Assembly: GCA_964465445.1 (NCBI GenBank)
Contig: CAYXJB010000020.1
Coordinates: 278 to 17,927, forward strand
Source: an uncultured Verrucomicrobiota bacterium
GTDB taxonomy: Bacteria; Verrucomicrobiota; Verrucomicrobiia; Limisphaerales; JAOAIM01
Direction of reading: 5' to 3'
DNA: 17,650 nt
Shown: positions 7,391 through 15,497 of the stretch, piece by piece
Layout of the letters: the number at the start of each line of letters is the position of its first letter
Position numbering within the stretch: position 1 is the first letter of the stretch
Program-made: the position numbers and the translations under genes
Notes under the pieces: generated by a model
Seen by the model: only the letters and a program-made list of their open reading frames with translations
Databases searched by the model: none
Told to the model about the DNA's origin: nothing

Positions 7391-8650
7391 TCAGGAAGGT
7401 CGGGCCGCGCCGGCCAGCGCAGAGGCGGGTTCGGGCGACTCGACACTTCGAAGCGCCTCGGCCAGCGCGGCGAGGTGTTTTTCCAGCGTGAAGCGTTTCT
7501 CGAAGAGTTCGCGCAACCGCTCGCCGGTTTCCTGACCCATCAGGTGCAACAGCGCCGAGGCGACCCGTTCGGGAGCGCGGACGGGCACGACGCCCGGGTA
7601 ATCGTCCGGCAACATCTCCGGCAGCGAGCGCCAGCGCGTGGTCACGACCGGCAACCCGAAGGCCATCGCCTCGATCAGATTCACCGGCTGGTTTTCGCCC
7701 AGGTAGTATGTTGGAAAGCAAAACAGATCGGCCTCCCGGAAAACGCGATTCTTCTCCTCGCCGGAGACGAACCCCAGATACTCGATCGAGCCGGCGACCT
7801 CGGGATCGCGCATGTGGCGGTCGAATTCGGCTCGTTCTTCAGGGGTCACGAACGTGCCGGCGGCGATGAGTTTCATTCGCACCGGAGAGCGGCGTTCGGC
7901 CAGCATGCGGTTGGCCAGCAGCACGGCCTGCAACGCGTCGAAAAATCCCTTCTCCCGTGTGCAATGCGCCACATAAAGCACGCGCACCTGGTGGGGCCGG
8001 GCCTCGCGTGCGCCCGTGTCCGTCCGGGTCAGCAGCGCCATCCGCGCGGCGAATCGCTCGCGCCGCACCGGCAGGAGTTCTCGGGCGAAGTCCGGGCAGG
8101 GGTCGGGAATGCCGTTGTTGACCACGCGCACGCGGCGGGGGAAGAACTTGTTCGCGTCCGCGAGGTTGTATTTGGACAGCACGACGCTCAGGTCGGCCTG
8201 TTTCATGAAGCGCCAGCTCAGGGCGCGGGTGTTGACCTGCACGGCGGTTTCGAGCCATTTGGCCAGGCCGGCGGCGTGCCAGTGCAGAATCACCCGCTTG
8301 AAGAACGGCCGGCACAACGCCATGACCAGCCAGTCGCGATAGAGCGCCGATTTTTTCCCCGGCCCGGGAATGTAGTAGAGGTTGGGCACGTCGTAACGGA
8401 AGCGACACCAGATCGCCTCCAGGCAGTAGCGCAGCAGCAGCAGCAGCTTGCCGGCGCGGAACTCGCCGATGTCTTCCAGTTGCCGGGACAACCGCGCGTT
8501 GACGTGGTAGCACTCGATGCCGTAGCGGTCCGGTTGCGACGCCGCCCGGGCCCGGCGGCGGTCTCCGCCGAAGCCCTCGAGCATCAGCTCGACCATGTAG
8601 CTCTGGCCGTGATGCGGGGGCGGTTTGTGGGCGAACACCAGCAACTTCAT
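7391..8650 (-). CDS. Glycosyltransferase family 4 (GT-B fold, 'glycosyl transferases group 1').
   Basis: 419 aa. The N-terminus MKLLVFAHKPPPHHGQSYMVELMLEGF matches the GT4 N-domain pattern MKILxVxxxxPPxxGGxxxxxxxLxxxL. The C-terminal domain carries the E-x7-E motif region FCFPTYYLGENQPVNLIEAMAFGLPVVTT. The ATG is at 8650. Confidence 0.85.
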   Translation of the reverse strand: MKLLVFAHKPPPHHGQSYMVELMLEGFGGDRRRARAASQPDRYGIECYHVNARLSRQLEDIGEFRAGKLLLLLRYCLEAIWCRFRYDVPNLYYIPGPGKKSALYRDWLVMALCRPFFKRVILHWHAAGLAKWLETAVQVNTRALSWRFMKQADLSVVLSKYNLADANKFFPRRVRVVNNGIPDPCPDFARELLPVRRERFAARMALLTRTDTGAREARPHQVRVLYVAHCTREKGFFDALQAVLLANRMLAERRSPVRMKLIAAGTFVTPEERAEFDRHMRDPEVAGSIEYLGFVSGEEKNRVFREADLFCFPTYYLGENQPVNLIEAMAFGLPVVTTRWRSLPEMLPDDYPGVVPVRAPERVASALLHLMGQETGERLRELFEKRFTLEKHLAALAEALRSVESPEPASALAGAARPS

Positions 8651-8727
8651 GAGGCCGCTTCCTGTTTGGGTCCGGCGGATGACCGGGACGGAACGAACCG
8701 TAGTGCCGGATCGGTCGGAGTTGAAGC

Positions 8728-8766
8728 TTTTTTTTTCGCTTCGCGCGCGGTCGCTCGCGCGCGCGG
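8728..8766. repeat. T9 homopolymer tract immediately followed by an alternating (CG)n near-perfect palindrome. It lies in the intergenic region that is both upstream of the GT4 gene and downstream of the gyrB/parE-like gene.
   Basis: The plus strand reads gaagc-ttttttttt-cgcttc (8723-8742; gaagc and gcttc are reverse complements that bracket the T9). This is followed by cgcgcgcg-gtcgctc-gcgcgcgcg (8742-8765), which is self-complementary alternating CG. A run of nine T in a roughly 67% GC genome is strongly non-random. On the minus strand the hairpin is followed by A9 rather than U9, so this is not a canonical intrinsic terminator for gyrB-like. On the plus strand the T-run precedes the hairpin. 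Confidence 0.5.
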
Positions 8767-8772
8767 GTCGGC

Positions 8773-10635
8773 TCAGGCTTCAGCCGGCACGATGAGCCGT
8801 TCCATGATGTAATCTTTGCGCTCGGGCGTGTTCTTGCCCATGTAGAAGTTCAACAGCGGCACGTGTTCGGGTTTGGGCGCGTATTCGACGCGGCTCAGGC
8901 GCATGTCCCTGCCGATGAATTGGGCGAATTCCTGGGGGCTGATTTCGCCCAAGCCCTTGAAACGGGTGATCTCGGGTTTACCGCCCAGTTCCGCCACGGC
9001 CCGGTCGCGTTCGGCCTCGCTGTAGCAGTAGATGGTTTTGTCCTTGTTGCGGACGCGGAACAGGGGCGTCTCCAGCACGTAGAGATGCCCGTCGCGCACC
9101 AGCGATTCGAAGAACCGGAAGAAATACGTGATCAGGAGATTGCGGATGTGCAGGCCGTCCACGTCGGCGTCGGTGGCGAGGATGATTTTTTCGTAGCGCA
9201 GACCCTCGGGCGAATCCTCGACGTTGAGCGCCTGCATGAGGTTGTAGAGCTCGTCGTTTTTGTACATCACGTCGCGCTTGAGTTCCCAGACGTTGAGCGG
9301 TTTGCCCTTGAGGACGAACACGGCCTGGTTGTTCACGTCGCGGCAACTGGTGATCGAGCCGGCGGCCGACTGGCCCTCGCAGATGAAAATCATCGTGCCG
9401 CGGCCCTTGTCCTTTTTCTTGTCGAAGTGGTTCTTGCAATCCTTCAACTGCGGAATGCGCAACATGATCCCTTTGGCGCGTTCGCGGGCGAGCTTTTTGA
9501 CCTGCTGCAGCTCTTTGCGCAGAGTCCGGGTGTCCCTGACCTTGGCGAGAATGGTGTCGGCGATCGCTTTGTTGCGCTGGAAAAAGTGCAGCAGCTCCTC
9601 GCGGACCTTGTTGACCAGCTCGGTGCGGATTTCGGTGTTGCCAAGCTTGTTTTTGGTCTGCGACTCGAACACGGGATCTTTCAGTCGCACGGCGACGGCC
9701 CCGACCATGGCCTCGCGCACATCGTCACCCTCGAAGCGCTCGCCGCTGTATTCGTTGACGGCCTTGAGCAGGCCCTCGCGAAAGGCACTCAGGTGCGTGC
9801 CGCCGTCGCTGGTGTACTGGCCGTTGACGAACGAGTAGAAGGTTTCTCCGTAGCGGCTGTTGCTGTGGGTGAAGCAGAATTCCAGCGTCCGGCTGCTGTA
9901 ATGCAGCGGCGGATAGAGCGGCTCGCTGCCGTCGGCGGCCAGATCCTCCATCACCAGATCCATCAGACCGTGGCGGGATTGAAAAATTTTCGGCTCGGGC
10001 GCGCCGTTCATGCGCAGCAACAGCTTCAGCCCCGTGTTGAGGTAGCTGTAATGGCGCAGGCGGCGCTCGACATGCTCGGGCCGGAACTCGGTCTCCGTGA
10101 AGATTTGCGGGTCGGGTTGGAACTCGACGTAGGTGCCATCGGGCTGGCGCGGGTCTCTGCCCTTTTTTTCGTGCTTGAGTTTGCCGCGTTGAAAGAGCGC
10201 CTCCACGAACTCGCCGTCGCGGTAGCTCCGCACCAGAAACCGTTCCGAAAGCGCGTTGACGGCCTTGGTCCCCACACCGTTGAGCCCCACGCTGAACTGG
10301 AACACGTCGTCGTTGTACTTGGCCCCGGTGTTGATCGTTGAAACGCAGTCCACCACCTTGCCCAGCGGAATGCCGCGCCCGTAATCGCGCACCTTCACGC
10401 TGCGCTCCGTCATCTCGACCTCGATCGTGATCTCGATCTCACGGCCAAACCCCATGATGTGTTCGTCCACGGCGTTATCAATGATCTCCTTGAGCAGGAT
10501 GTAACAGCCGTCGTCCGGATGTGATCCGTTGCCGATGCGCCCGATGTACATGCCGGTGCGCAGACGGATGTGCTCCAGCGAAGAGAGCGTTTTGACCTTG
10601 CTCTCGTCGTAGTTGTGTCGCGGTTTCTCGGCCAT
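8773..10635 (-). CDS. Type IIA DNA topoisomerase ATPase subunit B of the GyrB/ParE family. It is a short, roughly 620-aa form lacking the large GyrB insertion, which is ParE-like in size.
   Basis: The translation MAEKPRHNYDESKVKTLSSLEHIRLRTGMYIG...LLKEIIDNAVDE...VRDYGRGIP...GLNGVG (GHKL ATPase Bergerat fold) continues to a TOPRIM region, IFICEGQSAAGS...KGKPLNVWE...ILATDADVDGLHIRNLLITYFFRFF, and a C-terminal GLGEISPQEF. The track start is 10713, but the conserved N-terminus begins at ATG 10635 (MAEKP...), so I use that. No A subunit is adjacent. Confidence 0.85.
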   Translation of the reverse strand: MAEKPRHNYDESKVKTLSSLEHIRLRTGMYIGRIGNGSHPDDGCYILLKEIIDNAVDEHIMGFGREIEITIEVEMTERSVKVRDYGRGIPLGKVVDCVSTINTGAKYNDDVFQFSVGLNGVGTKAVNALSERFLVRSYRDGEFVEALFQRGKLKHEKKGRDPRQPDGTYVEFQPDPQIFTETEFRPEHVERRLRHYSYLNTGLKLLLRMNGAPEPKIFQSRHGLMDLVMEDLAADGSEPLYPPLHYSSRTLEFCFTHSNSRYGETFYSFVNGQYTSDGGTHLSAFREGLLKAVNEYSGERFEGDDVREAMVGAVAVRLKDPVFESQTKNKLGNTEIRTELVNKVREELLHFFQRNKAIADTILAKVRDTRTLRKELQQVKKLARERAKGIMLRIPQLKDCKNHFDKKKDKGRGTMIFICEGQSAAGSITSCRDVNNQAVFVLKGKPLNVWELKRDVMYKNDELYNLMQALNVEDSPEGLRYEKIILATDADVDGLHIRNLLITYFFRFFESLVRDGHLYVLETPLFRVRNKDKTIYCYSEAERDRAVAELGGKPEITRFKGLGEISPQEFAQFIGRDMRLSRVEYAPKPEHVPLLNFYMGKNTPERKDYIMERLIVPAEA

Positions 10636-10909
10636 AAAACAAAAGTCCGGCTTGAAAATGGGCAAACGTGTCGGCCTGGCAATGCAAAAACTTCCGCCCG
10701 CCGACTCGCGCACAACCGTCTGCGATCCTCAGCGGCCGGGCCCGCCGCCGAACGGCCGCAGGCATGCCCGGCCGAGCGGACGCTCGCCCGGCCTCGCGCC
10801 AACGGTTTCAGTGAGTCGGCTGGCAGCCGCGTCCTGCAGGGGCGGGAAGACGTCCTGGTGCGCTTCGGCATTGATTTTGTCGGGCGATTGGCCTTGAAAT
10901 CGGCGGTGG
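10636..10909. promoter_or_regulatory. Divergent 274-bp intergenic region. Promoters for the gyrB/parE-like gene (minus) and for the plus-strand run of sugar-binding protein, skp, PmoA-family and Gfo/Idh/MocA genes are expected here.
   Basis: The call rests on gene orientation only. The region has AT-rich patches (aaacaaaagtcc, ggcattgattttgtcggg), which is unusual for this GC content. I could not read any specific operator or consensus. Confidence 0.3.
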
Positions 10910-11878
10910 ATGAAACCCATGGCGTTGGTTTGGAAGGCGGCTTTGCCGGCGCTGGTTTTGGTGGCGGTGGCCGGCTGCGGCGGAAGCCCATCGTCCGGCG
11001 AACGCAAATTGCGCCTGGCGTTTGTGGCCAACACATCGGCGAATTTCTGGACGCTGGCGCGGCGCGGCACCGAGGAGGCCGCCCGGCACGCCGGTAACGT
11101 GGAGGTGCTGTTCCGAATGCCGGCCACCGGCAGCGCCGCCGAACAACAACAGTTGCTGGATGATTTGCTGGCCGCCGGCGTGGACGGCATCGCTGTGAGC
11201 CCCGTGGATGCGGCCAATCAAACCGCCGCGCTCGATCAGATCGCCCGGCGCACGCTCCTGATCACTCACGACAGTGACGCGCCGGCCAGCCGCCGACGCT
11301 GTTACATCGGAACCGACAATGTCGCGGCGGGGCGTCAGGCCGGCGAAATGCTTCGAGAAGCCCTGCCCCGGGGCGGCAAGGTGATGGTTTTTGTGGGCAA
11401 AAAAGACGCCCAGAACGCCCGCGAACGACTCGCCGGCCTTCAGGAAGCCCTCGCCGGTAGCGGCATCGAAATTCTGGATGTCCGCACCGATGACGCCGAT
11501 CCGGTCCGCGCGCAGAAAAACGCCGAAGACGCACTGGTGCGGCATCCGGACCTGGCCGGCATGGTGGGGTTGTGGGCGTACAACGGGCCGGCCATCCTGC
11601 ACGCCGTCCGCGCCGCGGGCAAGGTCGGCCACGTCCGCATCGTATGCTTTGACGAGGAGGCGGACGTGCTCCAGGGCATCGCCGAGGGCGCGATTCACGG
11701 CACGGTGGTGCAACAGCCGTACGAGTTCGGCAAACAGACCATCCTGCGCATGGCCCGGTATCTGCGCGGCGACACCAGCGCCCTGAGCCCCGAGCGCATC
11801 GTGGTGCCGACGATCAAAATCCAGCGTCACAACGTCGCCGAATTTCAAGCGCGCCTGGCCGAGCTGTTGGGCAAATAG
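10910..11878 (+). CDS. Periplasmic sugar-binding lipoprotein (type I periplasmic binding protein, RbsB/LsrB-like 'sugar ABC transporter substrate-binding protein'). It is an orphan, with no permease or ATPase nearby.
   Basis: A signal peptide and lipobox are present (MKPMALVWKAALPALVLVAVAGCGG). The body has the type I PBP fold pattern: RLAFVANTSANFW...GVDGIAVSPVDA...YIGTDNVAAGRQAG...GKVMVFVG...VGLWAYNGPA...RIVCFDE...GTVVQQPYEFGKQ. Confidence 0.75.
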   Translation: MKPMALVWKAALPALVLVAVAGCGGSPSSGERKLRLAFVANTSANFWTLARRGTEEAARHAGNVEVLFRMPATGSAAEQQQLLDDLLAAGVDGIAVSPVDAANQTAALDQIARRTLLITHDSDAPASRRRCYIGTDNVAAGRQAGEMLREALPRGGKVMVFVGKKDAQNARERLAGLQEALAGSGIEILDVRTDDADPVRAQKNAEDALVRHPDLAGMVGLWAYNGPAILHAVRAAGKVGHVRIVCFDEEADVLQGIAEGAIHGTVVQQPYEFGKQTILRMARYLRGDTSALSPERIVVPTIKIQRHNVAEFQARLAELLGK

Positions 11879-11977
11879 CGCTCGGCGCCGGCGCGTTGAC
11901 CGTGGTCTCGGGCCGTGGCGCGCAGAGCGGGTCACTTTGAGATTGGCGCGGCTGCGAAACTCTGGTTAGCTCGCGGC

Positions 11978-12613
11978 ATGACGACTTTGTTCCGTTTTTG
12001 GTGGGTTCTCGCCGCTGCCACGGTGCTGAGCAACGGTGTGCTTTCGGCGCAGACGCGCGTTGCCTCGGTGGATTTGCGCAAGGTCTTCGACAACTACTGG
12101 AAGACCAAACAGGCCGACGCCGCGCTCAAGGACCGCGCCGCCGAGCTGGACAAGGAATACAAGGCGCTGCGCGAGGATTACGAAAAGCTCAAGCAGGAAT
12201 ACCAGAAATTGCGGGCCGACGCCGAGGACCAGGCCGTGGCGGCCGAAGAACGCGAACGCCGCCGTCAGGCCGCCGAGGCCAAACTCAAAACCATCAAGGA
12301 GTCCGAAGACGCGATTCTGGCGTTCGAACGGCGGGCGCGCGCCACCCTCGACGAGCAGCAGCGCCGGATGCGCGACGGCATCATTGACGAAATCCGCAAC
12401 GTGATCACCGCCCGCGCCAAGTCCGCCGGCTACAGCCTGGTGATTGATACCTCGGCGCAAACCCCAAACCTCACGCCCATCGTCCTGTACTACAGCCCGG
12501 AGCAGGACATCACCACCGCCGTGCTCGAGCAGCTCAATCTCGGCGCTGCGCCGGAGTTCAGCCGCGGCGCGCCCCGGAGAGAAGCCGAGCCGAAAAAGGA
12601 AGAGAAAAAATAA
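11978..12613 (+). CDS. skp: Skp/OmpH-family periplasmic chaperone.
   Basis: The track ORF starts at 11915, but the signal peptide begins at ATG 11978 (MTTLFRFWWVLAAATVLSNGVLSAQT). The mature protein starts VASVDLRKVFDNYWKTKQADAALKDRAAELDKEYKALREDYEKLKQEYQKL, which is the canonical OmpH opening (VDxxKVfxxxxxxKxxxxxLxxxxxxxxxELxxxxxELQ). It is a long coiled-coil protein of about 210 aa with a K/E-rich tail. Confidence 0.75.
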   Translation: MTTLFRFWWVLAAATVLSNGVLSAQTRVASVDLRKVFDNYWKTKQADAALKDRAAELDKEYKALREDYEKLKQEYQKLRADAEDQAVAAEERERRRQAAEAKLKTIKESEDAILAFERRARATLDEQQRRMRDGIIDEIRNVITARAKSAGYSLVIDTSAQTPNLTPIVLYYSPEQDITTAVLEQLNLGAAPEFSRGAPRREAEPKKEEKK

Positions 12614-12729
12614 CCGCCGGCCGGCAACAGCCGAACCGCTCGCAACGGCGAAGCTCGCCCCGCGCCAAACACGGCTCGACAACTTTGCGCACGGCCACTT
12701 AAATCGTGTCCACCGGTCACCGGGGCACG

Positions 12730-14010
12730 ATGAGACGGTTTCTGCTGTTCATTTCTGCGCTGGGCGGATTCCTGTTCGCCCGCGCCCCAGCCGCCGACCA
12801 ACTGGTGGTTCATGATCCGGATGGAACGCTGGCGGCCGCGCACGCGCCCGTGAGCATTCGCGTCCGGCTCACGCCCGAACAACGTCGCGCCGCCCTCGAA
12901 GGTCGCCTGTTCCTGCAGGAAATCGGCCCGACCTCCGGCCTGGGCATCCCGACCCAAATTCTGGCCGCCGACGGCGAGCCGGAGCCGACGTTCCTGTGCT
13001 GGCTGCTCCCCGACGGAGCGAAAGGCCGGCGCACATTCCGGCCGGAGATTCGGCCCGATGCAACCGCGTCAGGACTCACGGCGCAGCGCAACCCCGAACA
13101 CGGCCAGTTCGAGCTGCAGGAGAACGGACGATTGGTTCTGCGTTACAATTACGCCCTCGTGGAGCCCGGCCGGTTGTTGGATTCAATCCAGCCTGCCAAC
13201 CGGATTTATGCGCGCGCCCGGAGCGACTACATTCATCCGCTGGCCGGTCCGCAGGGTGAAATCCTCACCTGCGACTGGCCGTTGGATCACCCGCATCATC
13301 GCGGCATTTATTGGGCGTGGCCGGAGGTGGATTGGCGCGGTCAACGCGGCGACCTGCACGCCTTGCAACGGGTTTTCGCCCGACCGGTCGGACGCTGCTT
13401 TGCGGCGGCCGGGCCGGTTTTCGCGCAACTGATCGCCGAGAATCTCTGGAAATGGGATGATGCCGAAGCGCTGGTGCGGGAGCGGGCCGTCATCCGGGCG
13501 TATCGGGCGGTCGAAGGCGCGCGCGTGCTGGACCTGGAGCTGGAGTTTTTGGCCCTGGGCGAACCGGTGCATCTGGCGCGGCGCGGCACTGACAAGTACG
13601 GCGGGCTGAACCTGCGCTTTGCCCGGGTGAGCGATCAACAAATCCTCACGCACACCGATCCGCCGGGCAGCGCGTTGCCGCGCGCCTGGGCGCAAATCGC
13701 CGGGCGCTTCGGCGGCAGCGACGCGCTCGCAGGCGTGCTCATTCTGCAGCACCCGACCAATCCCGATTATCCGGGCCAGTGGGTCGAGTTCCCGAACCTC
13801 AACTGGGTGCAGCCGACGTTTCCAGCCGCCGGTACGCGATGGGAACTTCGCCCGGACCGACCGCTGGTGCTGCGCTACCGGCTCTGGATACATCCGGGCG
13901 GCCCGGCCGAGGCCGAGGCCTGTGCGCGACAGTGGGAGGCCTTCCGGTCGCCGTTCAGCCCAAAATTTTTTCCAGAACCCGCGCGCTCCAAACGTCCAAA
14001 AGCATCATGA
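12730..14010 (+). CDS. Secreted PmoA-family (PF14100-like, DUF6807-like) protein of unknown function.
   Basis: The track start is GTG 12706; I prefer ATG 12730 (MRRFLLFISALGGFLFARAPAA, a signal peptide). I recall the conserved His-rich motif LDHPHHRGIYWAWPEVDW as characteristic of this family (DHPxHRG[I/L][W/Y]), which in PVC/Bacteroidota genomes is typically paired with a Gfo/Idh/MocA oxidoreductase, as it is here. The family assignment is from memory of the motif and was not searched. Confidence 0.55.
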   Translation: MRRFLLFISALGGFLFARAPAADQLVVHDPDGTLAAAHAPVSIRVRLTPEQRRAALEGRLFLQEIGPTSGLGIPTQILAADGEPEPTFLCWLLPDGAKGRRTFRPEIRPDATASGLTAQRNPEHGQFELQENGRLVLRYNYALVEPGRLLDSIQPANRIYARARSDYIHPLAGPQGEILTCDWPLDHPHHRGIYWAWPEVDWRGQRGDLHALQRVFARPVGRCFAAAGPVFAQLIAENLWKWDDAEALVRERAVIRAYRAVEGARVLDLELEFLALGEPVHLARRGTDKYGGLNLRFARVSDQQILTHTDPPGSALPRAWAQIAGRFGGSDALAGVLILQHPTNPDYPGQWVEFPNLNWVQPTFPAAGTRWELRPDRPLVLRYRLWIHPGGPAEAEACARQWEAFRSPFSPKFFPEPARSKRPKAS

Positions 14011-15452
14011 ACAACGAGATGAATCCACACGCTCGAACATCGGCGAATCTCAACTCGAACGAGCCGGCATTCACGCCACCGTCGCCGGCCGGCGGCCAGC
14101 CGCCCCGCTCCGCGGGCACATCCCGACGCGAATTCATCCAGAAGGCGGCCACGATCACGGCGATTGGTTTTGCCGCGCCGCATCTGGCGATGGGCGCAGC
14201 GACACGGCCGGCCCGCCGGCCCGGGCCCAACAGCCGGATTCACGTGGGCCTGATCGGCTGCGGCCCGATGGGTCGGGCCAACCTGGGCCATTGCGCGCGG
14301 TATCCGGACGTGGTTGTCACGGCGGCCTGCGACGTGAACGAAGCGCGTCTGGAGGCGACGGTCGAGACCTACAAGCCCACTTGCAAGGGGTACGTGGATT
14401 TTCGGGAGATGCTCCAGCAACCGGATCTGGACGCGGTGATCATTGCCACGCCGCCGCACTGGCATTGTTTGCAAGCAATCGCCGCCGCCGAGGCAGGCAA
14501 GGACATTTATCTGCAAAAGCCCATGACGCTGCACCTGGGCGAGAGCCTCGCCGTCCGCAACGCCATCCGCAAACACGGCGTGATCTCGCAAATCGGTACC
14601 CAAATCCACGCCTCGGAGAATTACCGCCGCGTCGTCGAGTATATTCGCAGCGGGAATCTGGGGCCGATCGGCGTGGTGCGCACCTTCAACGTGATGAATC
14701 AGACCCCGGCCGGCATCGGCCATGCGCGCGACAACACCCCGCCCGAAGGGCTGCATTGGGATTTGTGGTGCGGGCCCGCCCCGTTGATCCCCTACAACCG
14801 GCTGCTGGCCGAGAACGCCTATTACCACAGCTCCTGGATGGCCTACAGCGGCGGTTGGACGCCGGGCATGGCGCCGCACATCATTGATCTGCCGGTCTGG
14901 GCGCTGGAGCTGGGCTATCCGTTGCTCACCAGCTCGGCGGGCGGGCGCTACGTCGTGGACGATGACGGCGATGCCTATGACCATCACGAAGTGCTCTGGC
15001 AGTACCCCCGGTTGACGATGACCTGGATGTCGTCGCTGACCAACAGCTACGGGTTCGATCTGGAGCGTGATCCCGAACCGCGTCGGCGGCTGGGCATTTA
15101 TTTCCACGGCGCCAACGGCACCCTCTACGCCAACTACACCATGTTCAACATCGTGCCCGAAGGCAAACGGCTCGAGGGCAAATCGCCCCCGCCGCCGTCC
15201 ATCCCGCCCTCGCCCGGCCACGAACGCGAATGGCTCGACTGCATCAAATCGCGTCAGCAGCCCAGTTGCAGTGTGTTCTATCACATCCGGGTGGACGTGC
15301 CGATCGTGCTGAGCCTGCTCTCGCTCAAACTCGGGCGCTCGATCCGATTCGATCCGGACAAGGAATGGATCGTGGGCGATCCGGAGGCGTCGCGTCTGGC
15401 CGTGCCCACGTATCGCAAGCCCTGGAAATTCCCCAAACAGTACCTGAGCTGA
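14007..15452 (+). CDS. Gfo/Idh/MocA-family NAD(P)-dependent oxidoreductase with a twin-arginine (Tat) signal peptide, a periplasmic sugar dehydrogenase-like protein.
   Basis: ATG 14007 overlaps the upstream stop (ATGA, a 4-nt overlap). The Tat motif is SRREFIQKAATITAIGFAAP. The Rossmann start is IHVGLIGCGPMGRANLGHC...DVVVTAACDVN. The family-conserved segment is AVIIATPPHWHCLQAIAAAEAGKDIYLQKP (E-K-P motif). The track ORF 13779-15452 includes an overlapping N-terminal extension that I reject. Confidence 0.85.
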   Translation: MNNEMNPHARTSANLNSNEPAFTPPSPAGGQPPRSAGTSRREFIQKAATITAIGFAAPHLAMGAATRPARRPGPNSRIHVGLIGCGPMGRANLGHCARYPDVVVTAACDVNEARLEATVETYKPTCKGYVDFREMLQQPDLDAVIIATPPHWHCLQAIAAAEAGKDIYLQKPMTLHLGESLAVRNAIRKHGVISQIGTQIHASENYRRVVEYIRSGNLGPIGVVRTFNVMNQTPAGIGHARDNTPPEGLHWDLWCGPAPLIPYNRLLAENAYYHSSWMAYSGGWTPGMAPHIIDLPVWALELGYPLLTSSAGGRYVVDDDGDAYDHHEVLWQYPRLTMTWMSSLTNSYGFDLERDPEPRRRLGIYFHGANGTLYANYTMFNIVPEGKRLEGKSPPPPSIPPSPGHEREWLDCIKSRQQPSCSVFYHIRVDVPIVLSLLSLKLGRSIRFDPDKEWIVGDPEASRLAVPTYRKPWKFPKQYLS

Positions 15453-15456
15453 AACG

Positions 15457-15480
15457 CGCTGCGTTCGGGGCGACGCAGCC
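15457..15480. terminator. Short hairpin between the convergent Gfo/Idh/MocA gene (plus) and a hypothetical gene (minus). It is a weak bidirectional terminator candidate.
   Basis: cgctgcgt (15457-15464) pairs with acgcagcc (15473-15480) over 7 of 8 positions around an 8-nt loop. There is no flanking U-tract. It sits in a 45-bp convergent gap. Confidence 0.25.
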
Positions 15481-15497
15481 GGGAAGGGCTCGAGCCG

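Noticed and set aside
8723-8766. Intrinsic terminator for the gyrB/parE-like gene (minus strand)
   Set aside because: On the minus strand the GC hairpin is followed by A9, not U9. On the plus strand the T9 precedes the hairpin. It is therefore not a canonical rho-independent terminator in either orientation, and I kept it as an unexplained structured repeat instead.
13779-14006. Long N-terminal extension of the Gfo/Idh/MocA ORF that overlaps the PmoA-family gene in another frame
   Set aside because: It would bury the Tat motif more than 110 residues from the N-terminus and overlap the upstream gene by 230 nt. The ATGA-coupled start at 14007 is far more plausible.
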